From an uncultured delta proteobacterium (GTDB taxonomy: Bacteria; Myxococcota; Myxococcia; Myxococcales; Myxococcaceae), in contig CAVZMH010000006.1 of NCBI GenBank assembly GCA_963776345.1, positions 24,288 through 88,287 on the forward strand: a DNA stretch of 64,000 nt, in the 5' to 3' direction. Made by a program: the position numbers and the translations under genes. Below, one piece after another: positions 33,660 to 43,834 of this stretch (position 1 is the stretch's first letter; every line of letters begins with the position of its first letter). A model generated the notes under the pieces. The model was given only the letters and a program-made list of their open reading frames with translations, made no database searches and was not told the DNA's origin.

Positions 33660-35876
33660 CTACTTGATGATGATCGGCGGCCGGCGGAACTGGACGAAGT
33701 GAGGGTCGAAGAAGTTTCCGCTCTGGGGCGGTTGCCGGGTCTTCAGCGTGAACCCCACCGCGGCGAACTGCGAGGGGTCCGACCCCACCGGGCGGATGGC
33801 CACGTAGTCACCCCATCGCCCCTGGCTCGCGTCACTGCTCCGGGGCGGGTAGACCACGAAGTCTCCCCAGTAGCCCACGGCGTGGTTGGCGTGGAGGGTG
33901 CCCCCGCCCCCGTAGGCGAGCGACAGCCCGATCTCCCCGCCGACGTTGGTGGACAGCGCCGGGTAGGCGAAGGCGAAGCTGCCGTTCCAGATCTGCACCT
34001 GCTCGACGAGGCTGAAGTTGTTCGAGCGATTCAGGTGGACCATCTGGATGTGCGGATGGGCGAAGCCGCCGCCGCGCGCCGCCATCCAGGCGAACCAGAG
34101 GTCGTTCCCCGAGCGCGTGGCGCCGATGACCCCGGCCCCCGGGAACCCGTTGGACATCTGCAGCCAGTCGATGCCGCCCGGGGTGATGGAGGTGTAGTCG
34201 GTGTTGGGCCAGCTGTTGATGTTCACGTTCCGCCAGAAGTAGGTGTTGGAGTCCTCGCGCAGCGAGTACACGACCATCTGGCTGGTGGAGTTGTGCCCGG
34301 CCCAGAAGATCTCGTCGCCGGTCACCTGGGCGAGGTGACCGCCGTAGGCACGGGCCGAGTTCGACGGGTTGGTGTAGCCGATGTTGATGCCGGTGGAGTC
34401 ACGGATCTGCGCCAGCGGGATACGGAAGACGAGGAGTCCCGCCCCCACCTGGTCCACGCTCCCGTAGAGGAAGTTCTGGCCCACCGAGAGATCGGGGTAG
34501 TCCATCCAGTTGTTTCCCATCCCGAAGGTGGACGAACGCAGGTCCCAGTAGGTCCAGGCGCTGCCGTTGCTGCTGATGATCTGCGCGGGGCTGGCCGCGG
34601 CGATGCGGAGCATGTTCGGTCCGCCGCCGCTTCCCCTCCAGAACTGCATCAGCCAGATGAAGCGATCGATCTGCGGCACGTAGAGAATCACCTGATCACA
34701 GCAGAGCCCACCGTCCAGCTGCCTCCCGAGAGAGTCGAGGGTCGGGCGGCTGGGGAAGATGGTGGTCGGATCGAGCCGGGTGAAGGTGAGGCCTCCGTCC
34801 TTGGAGAACGCGGCGAAGGTGTTCCCCGAGACCAGCACCACGTTCCCGCTGCTCGCGCCGCTCATGTCCGGCGGCGAGCCGCTGAAGGCCGAGGCCGAGA
34901 GGAAGGAGGTGATGACCGGGAAATCGACCCCGCCACCCGCGTTCCCCGCCAGGGGACTCATCACCGAGACCCCGTCCTGGCTGGGAGAGAGCGTTCCCCG
35001 GAGCGGGCCAGGAGCGACCAGCTGTGGATCGTCCTCGTTGCGCTCGTCCTCGACGTTGATGTCGAAGTGGTCGAACAGGCCCCCGGCCACCTGGATCGGA
35101 GGGGCGAGGGTCTGGATCAGGACGTCGGATCTGGCTCCGTCGCACATCGGACCGGCTGCCACGTGGATCGGCACGGTCAGGGACGCGGTGTGCCCGAGCG
35201 GGTCGGAGACCGTCACCGTCACTGCGTAGTCGCCCGGGGTCCGGGCCTCGAAGCCGGCGTGGTTCCCCGCGGGAGTGAGGGTGTAGACGGCCCCCGCGGG
35301 CGCCGAGGTCACCGCCCAGGCGTAGCTGAGCGGGAGCCCATCCGGGTGGCTCGCGACCACCTCCATCGCCACGTCCTCGCACACGGCCGTGAACTTGCTC
35401 GGGCGGAAGCGGAAGTCGGTGATCCGTGGCGGATGCTCGGTGACCACCGGGATGTCGAGCCCGCCGGTGCCACCGTCGTCGCAGAACAGCGCCAGCACGA
35501 CCTCGGTGGTCTGGCCCCGGACCACGTTGGCCGAGGCCGAGGCCGCGGTGCACTTGGTGCTCGGACCTCCCGAGGCGCCGAACGGCGTTGCAGTCACCAG
35601 ATACGTGCCGGGCTGGAGGACGAAGAATGCGTCGCCCCCGGTCCGCTGCTGACCATTGAGCGTGATGGTGGAGAGGGTGATCTCCTCCTCGGCCACCACG
35701 GTGGCTCCCTGCTTCACCTGGATCTGGACCGAGGCGATGTCGTCGGTACTCGCGGCGACGAGCGCGGCCCGGATCCGGGTGGTCTCGGGTGAGTCGCCGG
35801 GCGCGGCGGAACGGCCACAGCCGAGCGGGACTGCTGCCAGCACCAGCAGCAGGACGGATGTGTAGCGAGCGTACAT
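33660..35876 (-). CDS. large lipoprotein with Ig/PKD-like modules and an uncharacterised C-terminal beta-rich domain
   Basis: Lipobox PLGC (Cys20); PDGLPLSYAW and YAVTVTVSD PKD-like repeat; Trp/Asn/Gly-rich C-terminal region with CCDQ, DYP, WGDF/WGDY. Confidence 0.8.
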   Translation of the reverse strand: MYARYTSVLLLVLAAVPLGCGRSAAPGDSPETTRIRAALVAASTDDIASVQIQVKQGATVVAEEEITLSTITLNGQQRTGGDAFFVLQPGTYLVTATPFGASGGPSTKCTAASASANVVRGQTTEVVLALFCDDGGTGGLDIPVVTEHPPRITDFRFRPSKFTAVCEDVAMEVVASHPDGLPLSYAWAVTSAPAGAVYTLTPAGNHAGFEARTPGDYAVTVTVSDPLGHTASLTVPIHVAAGPMCDGARSDVLIQTLAPPIQVAGGLFDHFDINVEDERNEDDPQLVAPGPLRGTLSPSQDGVSVMSPLAGNAGGGVDFPVITSFLSASAFSGSPPDMSGASSGNVVLVSGNTFAAFSKDGGLTFTRLDPTTIFPSRPTLDSLGRQLDGGLCCDQVILYVPQIDRFIWLMQFWRGSGGGPNMLRIAAASPAQIISSNGSAWTYWDLRSSTFGMGNNWMDYPDLSVGQNFLYGSVDQVGAGLLVFRIPLAQIRDSTGINIGYTNPSNSARAYGGHLAQVTGDEIFWAGHNSTSQMVVYSLREDSNTYFWRNVNINSWPNTDYTSITPGGIDWLQMSNGFPGAGVIGATRSGNDLWFAWMAARGGGFAHPHIQMVHLNRSNNFSLVEQVQIWNGSFAFAYPALSTNVGGEIGLSLAYGGGGTLHANHAVGYWGDFVVYPPRSSDASQGRWGDYVAIRPVGSDPSQFAAVGFTLKTRQPPQSGNFFDPHFVQFRRPPIIIK

Positions 35877-36108
35877 GGGACCCCCTTACTGGTTACTTGT
35901 GCTCAACACTCACTGGGCGCCGGTTGCCAGCCCGGCACCACTGCACCCGAGCGAGCTTCCGGTCCAGAGCCGTCGCGTCTGTGCCGCGGAGCGGCGTAGG
36001 TCCCCGCCGGAAGCCCCGGGCTCCTCGCCGTCCGTCTCGGAACGCGCACCGGGCGTGCATGTGCATGGGCGTGGGCGCACGGCCCCGTGGTCTGGCATCG
36101 TCCTCTGC

Positions 36109-36807
36109 ATGGACGGCTCGCCGCGCAGCGTCGTGACCGGGATCGAGGTGGTGGAGGACGTGACGGCGCGCTCGCGCTGCGACGAAGGCTTCCTCCACCT
36201 GAAACGGCTGGTGTGCCGGAACCACCGCGGCGACGGCTCGACCTCCCGCGACTACCGGGTGGACGTCGTTGATCGTCCCATCCCGGACGCGGTGGCGGTG
36301 CTCATCTGGCGTCGCGGCTCGCAGGGCATCGAGGTGCTCACCCGCAAGACGCTCCGGCCCGCGGCGCACTTCCGCGCCGGCATGAAGCTCCCCGTGCCCG
36401 ACCCGCGCGCGTACCTCCTTCTCGAGGAGCTCGTGGCCGGGGTGCTCGAGCCCGACGACCGGGGCGAGCCCGGCCTTCGCCGCCGAGCCGCCGAGGAGAC
36501 GCTCGAGGAGGCGGGCTACCGCGTCTCGCCCGAGGAGGTGACCTTGCTCGGCGGCAGCTTCTTCCTCGCCCCCGGCATCCTCTCGGAGAAGATCCACCCC
36601 ACGGCGGTGGACGTCACCGGGCGCGCCCAGGAGACGCCCCGGGGCGACGGCTCGCCGCTCGAGGAGGGGGCGACGCTGCACTGGTGGCCGATCGACGCGC
36701 TGCTCGAGGCTTGCCGGAGCGGCGAGGTGGAGGACGCCAAGACGGAGATCTCGGTCGGGCGCTTCCTGGCCCAGGGGGTGCCCTCGACCCCCGCCCGACC
36801 CCCCTGA
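36109..36807 (+). CDS. NUDIX hydrolase (ADP-ribose pyrophosphatase-like)
   Basis: Nudix-like box AGVLE...RAAEETLEEAG, APGILSE, EDAKT. Confidence 0.85.
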   Translation: MDGSPRSVVTGIEVVEDVTARSRCDEGFLHLKRLVCRNHRGDGSTSRDYRVDVVDRPIPDAVAVLIWRRGSQGIEVLTRKTLRPAAHFRAGMKLPVPDPRAYLLLEELVAGVLEPDDRGEPGLRRRAAEETLEEAGYRVSPEEVTLLGGSFFLAPGILSEKIHPTAVDVTGRAQETPRGDGSPLEEGATLHWWPIDALLEACRSGEVEDAKTEISVGRFLAQGVPSTPARPP

Positions 36808-36873
36808 CCCACCCGAATCCCTGCAAGTCCAGCGGTTTGCGGGCAGGCCCGCGGGGTGCATTCCCCACAGGAC

Positions 36874-37071
36874 ATGGCCGATCCCGCCAGCCCCCGTCCC
36901 GTCCCGGTGCTCGACCTCGTCGGGGCCATGTCGCTCGACCCCGACTTCCGGATGGAGGACGTGCTCCGCGCCCTCGACAGCATGACGCCGGAGGAGCTGG
37001 AGGAGCTGGCGGCGCTGCTCGACGAGCACGACGCCGCGGTCCGCCGCCGCGCCCGCATCCTCGCCCGCTGA
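36874..37071 (+). CDS. small hypothetical helical protein
   Basis: AGGA RBS, 65 aa, strong GC3 bias. Confidence 0.55.
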   Translation: MADPASPRPVPVLDLVGAMSLDPDFRMEDVLRALDSMTPEELEELAALLDEHDAAVRRRARILAR

Positions 37072-37126
37072 GGCTTGCCCCGGGGCTGTCGACGCGGCCC
37101 GGGCCCTGGCATTAGAGGGGCCCGAG

Positions 37127-37867
37127 ATGCAGTTTCCGCCCCACCCGGAGTGGCAGGACGTCCTGACCGGCATCCTCGCCGTGGCGACCGAGTCCGGCCC
37201 GGCGGGCGTCATCGCCTTCGACCTCGACTCGACGCTCCTCGACAACCGCCCGCGCCAGGCGGCCATCATCCGGGACTTCGCGAGCGTGCACGGCATCTCG
37301 GTCCTGGAGGGCTTCCAGGCCGAACATCTGGAAACCGGCTTCGACACCCGCGAGGCGCTGGCCCGCGCTGGCCTCGACGCCGACAGCATCGCCCGGTGGC
37401 TCCCGGCGCTCCGGGCGCACTGGGTGGAGCGCTTCTTCACCTCGGACGCGTGCCTGCACGACATCCCGGTGCGGGGGGCGGCCGCGTACGCCCGGCGCGC
37501 GCATGCCACCGGGGTGCAGCTGGTCTACCTGACGGCCCGGCCCGAGCGGATGCGCCCCGGCACGGAGGAGGTGCTCCGCCGCTTCGGGTTCCCGCTGCCA
37601 GGCCCCGGGGTGCAGCTCTGGATGAAGCCGGAGGACCCCTCCATCGGCGACGACGCGTTCAAGCGTTCGGCGCATGCTCGGCTGGCCTCGCTGGGCCGTC
37701 TGGTGGCCGCCTTCGACAACGAGCCCGGCCACGTCAACGACTTCCGGACGACCTTCCCCGAGGCGGAGGTGGTGCTGGTCGCGACCGGACACTCGGGCCG
37801 GGTGTCGACCCTCGAGGCGCGGGTGTGCGTGGTTCCGCACCTGGCCCTCGAGCCCAGCCCGGAGTGA
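37127..37867 (+). CDS. HAD-superfamily hydrolase
   Basis: FDLDST (DxDxT), YLTAR, conserved K, FDNE motifs. Confidence 0.85.
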   Translation: MQFPPHPEWQDVLTGILAVATESGPAGVIAFDLDSTLLDNRPRQAAIIRDFASVHGISVLEGFQAEHLETGFDTREALARAGLDADSIARWLPALRAHWVERFFTSDACLHDIPVRGAAAYARRAHATGVQLVYLTARPERMRPGTEEVLRRFGFPLPGPGVQLWMKPEDPSIGDDAFKRSAHARLASLGRLVAAFDNEPGHVNDFRTTFPEAEVVLVATGHSGRVSTLEARVCVVPHLALEPSPE

Positions 37868-37948
37868 CCGGAGCTGGTGGCTTCGCCGCGCCGCGGCATG
37901 CCGAACGCTTGGAAAATCGGGCACCGAGCCGATATGGAGCGGCCCGGC

Positions 37949-39082
37949 ATGGCATCCGCTTATTCGAAAGAGCTGCTCCTCTCGATGTACCGGCACATGT
38001 ACCTCATCCGCCGGTTCGAGGAGCGTGCAGCGCAGGCCTACACCCAGGGGAAGATCAACGGCTTCTGCCACCTCTACATCGGGCAGGAGGCGGTCGCGGT
38101 GGGCACGACGGAGGCGCTCCGTCCCGACGACTACCAGCTCGGCGCGTACCGCGATCACGGCTACCCGCTCACCCGGGGCGCCGACCCGGGGATGGTGATG
38201 GCCGAGCTGTTCGGCAAGGCCACCGGCTACTGCAAGGGCAAGGGCGGCTCGATGCACATCTTCGACGTCGAGCACAGCGTGCTCGGCGGCTACGGCATCG
38301 TGGGCGGGCAGATCCCGCTCGCCGCCGGCCTGGCCTTCGCCTCGAGGTACCGGAGCGACGGCCGGGTGACGGTCTGCTACTTCGGCGAGGCCGCGACGAA
38401 CCAGGGCGCGTTCCACGAGACGCTGAACATGGCGGCCAAGTGGTCGCTCCCGGTCATCTTCCTCTGCGAGAACAACCGCTACGGCATGGGGACCGCGTTC
38501 GCCCGTGTCTCGCCGATGCCCGAGGTCTACAAGCGCGCCGCCGCCTACGGCATCCGCGGCGAGCCGGTGGACGGGATGGACGTCCTTAAGACTTACGAGG
38601 CCGTCAAGGATTGCGCCGCCCACTGCCGCGCGGGGAAGGGGCCGGTGCTGCTGGAGGCCAACACCTACCGCTATCGCGGCCACTCCATGTCCGACCCGGC
38701 CACCTACCGGAGCAAGACCGAGGTGGAGCAGGAGCGGAAGGGAGACCCCATCCCGAAGCTCCGGCAGTGGTGTGTGGAGCAGCAGAAGTTCCCCGAGTCC
38801 GAGTTCGAGGCCATCGACGCCGAGATCCGCGCGACCATCGACGGGGCAGTGAAGTTTGCCGAGGAGTCCCCGGAGCCCCCGCTCGACGAGCTGCACGAGG
38901 ACATCTTCGTCGAGCCCGGTGACCCGGACGTGAAGCCGCGGGAGCGGGTGCTGGGGATGAAGGTGGACTGGCCGCGCCATCCCGGACCCCAGGAGTACCG
39001 CGTGACCTGGGACCTCGAGCCGCGCGAGCAGGCCGAGGTGGCGGAGAAGAAGGCGGGGCTGAAGCAACCGGCCCGGGCGTGA
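37949..39082 (+). CDS. pdhA: pyruvate dehydrogenase E1 alpha
   Basis: GFCHLYIGQEA, YRDHG, GKGGSMH, GEAA...ENN TPP motif, YRYRGHSMSD. Confidence 0.95.
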   Translation: MASAYSKELLLSMYRHMYLIRRFEERAAQAYTQGKINGFCHLYIGQEAVAVGTTEALRPDDYQLGAYRDHGYPLTRGADPGMVMAELFGKATGYCKGKGGSMHIFDVEHSVLGGYGIVGGQIPLAAGLAFASRYRSDGRVTVCYFGEAATNQGAFHETLNMAAKWSLPVIFLCENNRYGMGTAFARVSPMPEVYKRAAAYGIRGEPVDGMDVLKTYEAVKDCAAHCRAGKGPVLLEANTYRYRGHSMSDPATYRSKTEVEQERKGDPIPKLRQWCVEQQKFPESEFEAIDAEIRATIDGAVKFAEESPEPPLDELHEDIFVEPGDPDVKPRERVLGMKVDWPRHPGPQEYRVTWDLEPREQAEVAEKKAGLKQPARA

Positions 39083-39110
39083 CACCAGCGAGCGACGAGG
39101 GACGACTCCG

Positions 39111-40097
39111 ATGCCCGAACTGATGTGGCGCGAGGCGCTGAACCAGGCGCTCTCCGAGGAGATGGAACGCGACGTCAACGTCTTCCTGATGGGAGAGGAG
39201 GTCGCGCGCTACAACGGCGCCTACAAGGTCACGCTGGGGCTGCTCGACAAGTTCGGGAGCGCCCGGGTGGTGGACGCGCCGATCAGCGAGCTGGGCTTCG
39301 CCGGCCTGGGCGTCGGCGCGGCGATGGTGGGGCTCCGGCCGGTCATCGAGATGATGACCTGGAACTTCGCGATTCTCGCGATGGACCAGATCGTCAACAA
39401 CGCCGCCAAGCTCCGGCACATGTCGGGCGGGCAGCTGCGCTGTCCGATCGTCTTCCGCGGCCCCAACGGGGCGGGTGGCCGGCTCTCCTCGCAGCACAGC
39501 CAGTCGCTCGAGGCGAACTACGCGCACTTCCCGGGGCTGAAGATCCTCGCGCCCTCCACCCCGGCCGACGCAAAGGGCCTGCTCAAGGCGGCCATCCGCG
39601 ACGACAACCCGATCATCTTTCTCGAGGCCGAGCTGCTCTACGGAGTGAAGGGCGAGGTGCCAGCGGGCGAGCACGTGCTGCCCATCGGCAAGGCGGACCT
39701 CAAGCGCGAGGGGAACGACGCGACGCTCATCACCTGGTCGCGGATGTACTACTTCGCCGAGCAGGCGGCCCAGCTGCTGGAGCAGGACGGCATCCACGTC
39801 GACCTGATCGACCTGCGCTCGCTCAAGCCGCTGGACGAGGAGGCCATCCTGGCCTCGGTGAGGAAGACCAACCGGGCGGTCGTGGTGGAGGAGGGCTGGA
39901 GCTTCTGCGGAGTGGGCGCGCAGATCGCCGACCTCATCCAGTCGAAGGCCTTCGACGACCTCGACGCTCCGGTCGAGCGGGTCACCGGGCTGGACGTGAA
40001 CCGCAGCTACGCCGCGGTGCTGGAGAAGGCGACCGAGGTGTCGGCGGAGAAGATCGTCGCCGGGGTGAAGAAGGTCATGTACCGAGAGGAGGGCTGA
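39111..40097 (+). CDS. pdhB: pyruvate dehydrogenase E1 beta
   Basis: GEEV, PISELGF, QHSQ, IDLRSLKPLD. Confidence 0.96.
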   Translation: MPELMWREALNQALSEEMERDVNVFLMGEEVARYNGAYKVTLGLLDKFGSARVVDAPISELGFAGLGVGAAMVGLRPVIEMMTWNFAILAMDQIVNNAAKLRHMSGGQLRCPIVFRGPNGAGGRLSSQHSQSLEANYAHFPGLKILAPSTPADAKGLLKAAIRDDNPIIFLEAELLYGVKGEVPAGEHVLPIGKADLKREGNDATLITWSRMYYFAEQAAQLLEQDGIHVDLIDLRSLKPLDEEAILASVRKTNRAVVVEEGWSFCGVGAQIADLIQSKAFDDLDAPVERVTGLDVNRSYAAVLEKATEVSAEKIVAGVKKVMYREEG

Positions 40098-40102
40098 CGA
40101 CG

Positions 40103-41422
40103 ATGGCCATCGAGGTCCAGCTCCCGGCGCTCTCCCCGACGATGACCGAGGGGAAGATCGTCAAGTGGCTCAAGAAGGAAGGGGACAGCGTCTCCTCCGG
40201 TGAGGCCATCGCCGAGGTCGAGACCGACAAGTCGAACCTCGAGGTCGAGTCGTTCGACGACGGGGTGCTCCTCAAGATCATCGTCCAGGAGGGTGAGACC
40301 GGGAAGGTCGGCGCCCCGATCGCGGTGATCGGAGCGAAGGGCGAGAAGGTGGAGCCTCGCGCGCCGGCGGCGAAGCCCGCGGCGGCCGCGCCTGCCGTGA
40401 CTGCCGCGGCCAGCGTACCCGCGCCCGCCCCGGCCCCGGCGAAGCCCGCCGCGCCGAGGCCGGCCCCCGCGGCACCGGCGCAGGTCGTTCCCATCCGCCG
40501 CGTCGAGGAGCCGTCCTCCGCGCCGGCGCCGGACGACGGCCGGCTCCGGGCGTCCCCCCTGGCGAAGCGGATGGCCCGCGAGGAGGGCCTGGATCTGGCG
40601 GCGGTCCACGGCTCGGGCCCGAGCGGGCGCATCGTGAAGCGCGACGTGGAGGCGGTCATGGGCCAGGGTCCGGCGGCGGCGGCCGCTCCTGCGCCCGCGC
40701 CCCGTCCTGGCCTGGCGCCGGCCCCCGTCCCGGTCTTCGGGCGGCGCGAGCCGGAGGTCCTGCCGATCTCCGGGATGCGCAAGGTCATCGCCCAGCGGAT
40801 GGCCGAGGTGAAGCCGGGCGTCCCGCACTTCTACGTCACGGTCGACATCGACATGGAGGAGGCGGTCAAGGTCCGCGAGCAGGCCAAGGCGGCCGAGGTG
40901 AAGATCTCGATCAACGACCTCATCGTGAAGGCCGCGGCCATGGCGCTGCGCCGCCAGCCGAAGGTGAACGTGTCGCTGCAGGGCGACCGGCTGCTCCAGT
41001 TCCACAATGCGGACGTGGGCATCGCGGTGGCGATCGAGGACGGGCTCATCACCCCGGTCATCCGCGACGCGGATCAGAAGTCGCTCGGCACCATCGCCGC
41101 CGAGGGGCGGGAGCTGGCGGAGCGGGCGCGTCGCAAGGCGCTGAAGCCGGAGGAGTACTCCGGCGGGTCGATCACCGTGTCGAATCTCGGAATGTTCGGG
41201 GTGGACACGTTCATCGCGGTCATCAACCCGCCCCAGGCCTCCATCGTCGCCGTCGGGACGGTGGCCGACCGGGCGGTGGTCCGCGACGGCAAGGTGGTGG
41301 TGCGCAAGACGATGTCCGCGACCTTCTCCGGGGACCACCGGGTGGTGGACGGCGCGCTCGGGGCCCAGTACCTCCAGGAGCTCAAGGCCCTGCTCGAGCA
41401 GCCCACGCGGCTGCTGTTCTAG
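40103..41422 (+). CDS. pdhC: dihydrolipoamide acetyltransferase E2
   Basis: One lipoyl domain (ETDKS), E3-binding ASPLAKR...GSGPSGRI, SNLGMFG, DHRVVDG. Confidence 0.95.
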   Translation: MAIEVQLPALSPTMTEGKIVKWLKKEGDSVSSGEAIAEVETDKSNLEVESFDDGVLLKIIVQEGETGKVGAPIAVIGAKGEKVEPRAPAAKPAAAAPAVTAAASVPAPAPAPAKPAAPRPAPAAPAQVVPIRRVEEPSSAPAPDDGRLRASPLAKRMAREEGLDLAAVHGSGPSGRIVKRDVEAVMGQGPAAAAAPAPAPRPGLAPAPVPVFGRREPEVLPISGMRKVIAQRMAEVKPGVPHFYVTVDIDMEEAVKVREQAKAAEVKISINDLIVKAAAMALRRQPKVNVSLQGDRLLQFHNADVGIAVAIEDGLITPVIRDADQKSLGTIAAEGRELAERARRKALKPEEYSGGSITVSNLGMFGVDTFIAVINPPQASIVAVGTVADRAVVRDGKVVVRKTMSATFSGDHRVVDGALGAQYLQELKALLEQPTRLLF

Positions 41423-41460
41423 GCCCTGACGCCTGGGAGCGCGCGGCCCAAGGGGGGCAG

Positions 41461-41516
41461 ATAGTCAGGAAGGTCACCTGACTAATTCCCGAAAATAGTC
41501 AGGTGACTTTCCTTTG
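41461..41516. repeat. AT-rich inverted repeat (terminator or REP-like palindrome)
   Basis: AGGAAGGTCACCTGACTA (41467-41484) pairs with TAGTCAGGTGACTTTCCT (41496-41513), 17/18; a third TAGTCAGG copy at 41462-41469. Confidence 0.75.
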
Positions 41517-41727
41517 TATCGAGGTGATTTCGGAAGCCCGGCCCCCGCTCAGGCCAGAGCCATCGGGGCTCCCGGTGTGGCGCAGGCCGGAACTTCCCCG
41601 GTCGTGCTCTGGAACTGGCGGCGCTCAGCGTCCCCTCGGGGCGCCTCCGCGAGAGGTGGAGCGACCGGCGAGGGCCCATGGACCGAGGAACGTGCCCGTG
41701 TCCGTCCGGATGGGGTGACCGAGCGGT

Positions 41728-43821
41728 TCAGGCCGCGGCTTCGCCGGGCCGCTCGGGTGCAGCCGGGGCGGCCAGCGCGGGCAGGCGGATCCGGAACGTG
41801 CTCCCCAGGCCCGGGTCGGAGGTCACCTCGAGGGCGCCGCCGGCGCGCTGGACGATGCTCCACACCAGGGTCAGCCCGAGGCCGATTCCCCGGGCGCCGC
41901 CGCGGGTGGTGAAGAACGGCTCGAAGATGCGTGAGAGGTGCGCGGCCGGGATGCCCGGGCCGTCGTCCTCCACCTCCAGGACCACCGCGCCCTGCTCGTC
42001 GCGGGTGCGCACCCGGACGGCTCCCGAGGGCGCGGCCAGGCGGGCGTTCCGGACGAGCTGGACCAGCGCCTGCTCCAGGTGACCCGGCGTGGCCATCACC
42101 CGCGCGGTGCTCTCCGTCCGCAGGGCGACCGACCCCGCCGCGTCGCCGAGCTCGGCGCGGAGCGCCCGGAGCACGGAGTCGTTCGGGTCGAGCGGCTCGG
42201 GCCGGGCGGTGTCCTGTCGCGCGAGCTCCCGAAGCCCCTTGACGAGGGCGCCGATGCGCTGCGCGCCGTCCTCCACGTCCTGGAGAAGGTCGCGCAGGCT
42301 GGATGCCAGGTCGCGGACCTGCACCTCGGTGAGCGCGCGGACCGCGGCCGTCGGGTCGCCCTGTCCGCAGAGCCGGGCCGCCCGCTCGATGGAGTCGGCC
42401 CCGGACTCGAGCTCGGCCGCGGTGCTCCGCAGCGTCGACAGGTTTCCCAGCACCGCCGCCAGCGGGGACTGGATCTCCTGTGCGGCACCCTGGGCCAGCT
42501 GCCCGAGCGAGGCCAGGCGCTCCTGCTCGCGCAGCCGGGCCTCGAGCGCCCGCTGGGCGGTCACGTCCCGGTAGTGGATGACGATCAGGTCCGGATCGCC
42601 CGCCGCCTCGGTGCGGAAGCCGCTGAAGCGCACCGTCCGGCCACGGGGGAGCGAGATCTCCGCGGTGAGGTCGGCCGCGCCGGTGGCCAGCGGGCACCCC
42701 ACGCACGGCGCCACCCGCCCGGCCAGGAGCTGGTGACAGGTCTTTCCCGGCACCTGGGTGATGGGGACGCCCGCCGCCTCGGCGTAGGCCAGGTTGGCGC
42801 GCCGGATGACGAAGCCGTCCTGCAGCGCGATGGGCTCGCGGATGGCGTCGAAGGTGCGCTCCCACTCGCGCTTGGCGTGCACCACCGCGCGGGTGCGGAG
42901 CTCGACCTTCGTCTCCAGCGCGGCGTTGGCGGAGAGGATCTCGCTCTGCGCCTCGTGGAGCCGGGCGGTGTTCAGGGCGCCGGCGAGCGCCGTCGCCACC
43001 TGGGAGCCCCAGCTCGAGAAGCGCTGGCGCTCGGCGTCGCTGAAGGCGGAGCGCCCGGGCCGGCGGACGGCCTCCAGGACGCCCACCAGCTCGCCGGCGC
43101 GGACGAGCGGGATGGCCAGCATCGCCCCCGGCTCGGCGCCGTCGCGCCGCCGCGCCGCCTCGCGCCAGTCCCCGGGAAGCTGGCCCTCGCCCCGGCTGAC
43201 CGGCGCGGCCTCCGCGGCACAGGTGCCGGCGAGCAGCTCGCCGATGGGCATCGAGCTCGGAGGGGCGGGGAGCGCCGGATCCGCCGCGGCCAGGGCCAGC
43301 GTGGCGTCGTCGCCGATGCGCCAGCAGAGCACCCGGTCCGCCTGCACCAGCCCGCGGAGGCGTCGGACCGCCTCCCAGGCGATCTCCTCGGGAGAGCGCA
43401 GGAGGTGGAGCGCCTGGACCTCCGCCGAGAAGCGCTCGGCCTCGGCGAGCCGCTGCTCCAGGGTGGGCGCGACCTGGGCGGGGACCGGCTCGGCGCCGCG
43501 CCGCGCCCGGGCCTCGCGCAGCAGGCTGGACACCTCCTCGGGCCGGGTGACCGCCACCACTCCGCCGGGCAGCGCGCGGGGCGCAGCTCCCTCGGCGGCG
43601 TGGAGCAGGGCGGTGGCGCCGGAGCTGACCACCCGCGAGAGCAGGAGCCGCCATCCCGGCACCGGCCGGGCCAGCACCGCCTCGGCGACGCCGGACCCGA
43701 GGAGGGTCAGGACCTCGTCCGCCGTGCACGGCCGGGGATCGAGCCCGCCGGCGCGCAGCCCCTCGAGCAGCGCGGGCGCGGGCGCGTCGGAGCCGACGAC
43801 GAGGACCGGCAGGGTCTCCAT
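41728..43821 (-). CDS. GAF/PAS sensor histidine kinase-like protein lacking the phospho-His
   Basis: GAF, PAS-like, HATPase (LVRNA, DDGPGI, FEPFFTT, GIGLGL); H-box reads GAAQEIQSPL. Confidence 0.88.
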   Translation of the reverse strand: METLPVLVVGSDAPAPALLEGLRAGGLDPRPCTADEVLTLLGSGVAEAVLARPVPGWRLLLSRVVSSGATALLHAAEGAAPRALPGGVVAVTRPEEVSSLLREARARRGAEPVPAQVAPTLEQRLAEAERFSAEVQALHLLRSPEEIAWEAVRRLRGLVQADRVLCWRIGDDATLALAAADPALPAPPSSMPIGELLAGTCAAEAAPVSRGEGQLPGDWREAARRRDGAEPGAMLAIPLVRAGELVGVLEAVRRPGRSAFSDAERQRFSSWGSQVATALAGALNTARLHEAQSEILSANAALETKVELRTRAVVHAKREWERTFDAIREPIALQDGFVIRRANLAYAEAAGVPITQVPGKTCHQLLAGRVAPCVGCPLATGAADLTAEISLPRGRTVRFSGFRTEAAGDPDLIVIHYRDVTAQRALEARLREQERLASLGQLAQGAAQEIQSPLAAVLGNLSTLRSTAAELESGADSIERAARLCGQGDPTAAVRALTEVQVRDLASSLRDLLQDVEDGAQRIGALVKGLRELARQDTARPEPLDPNDSVLRALRAELGDAAGSVALRTESTARVMATPGHLEQALVQLVRNARLAAPSGAVRVRTRDEQGAVVLEVEDDGPGIPAAHLSRIFEPFFTTRGGARGIGLGLTLVWSIVQRAGGALEVTSDPGLGSTFRIRLPALAAPAAPERPGEAAA

Positions 43822-43834
43822 CGGGGAGGGCGCG

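Noticed and set aside
36093..36109. Sigma54-like TGGCATCGTCCTCTGCA upstream of NUDIX
   Set aside because: Spacing is GG-N11-GC and it overlaps the start codon
40360..40730. Repetitive GCC/CCG-rich tracts in pdhC, and similar ones in mrdA and the TonB-like gene
   Set aside because: Ordinary Ala/Pro linkers, not repeat elements
37949..41422. pdh operon without lpdA
   Set aside because: E3 is commonly shared and encoded elsewhere
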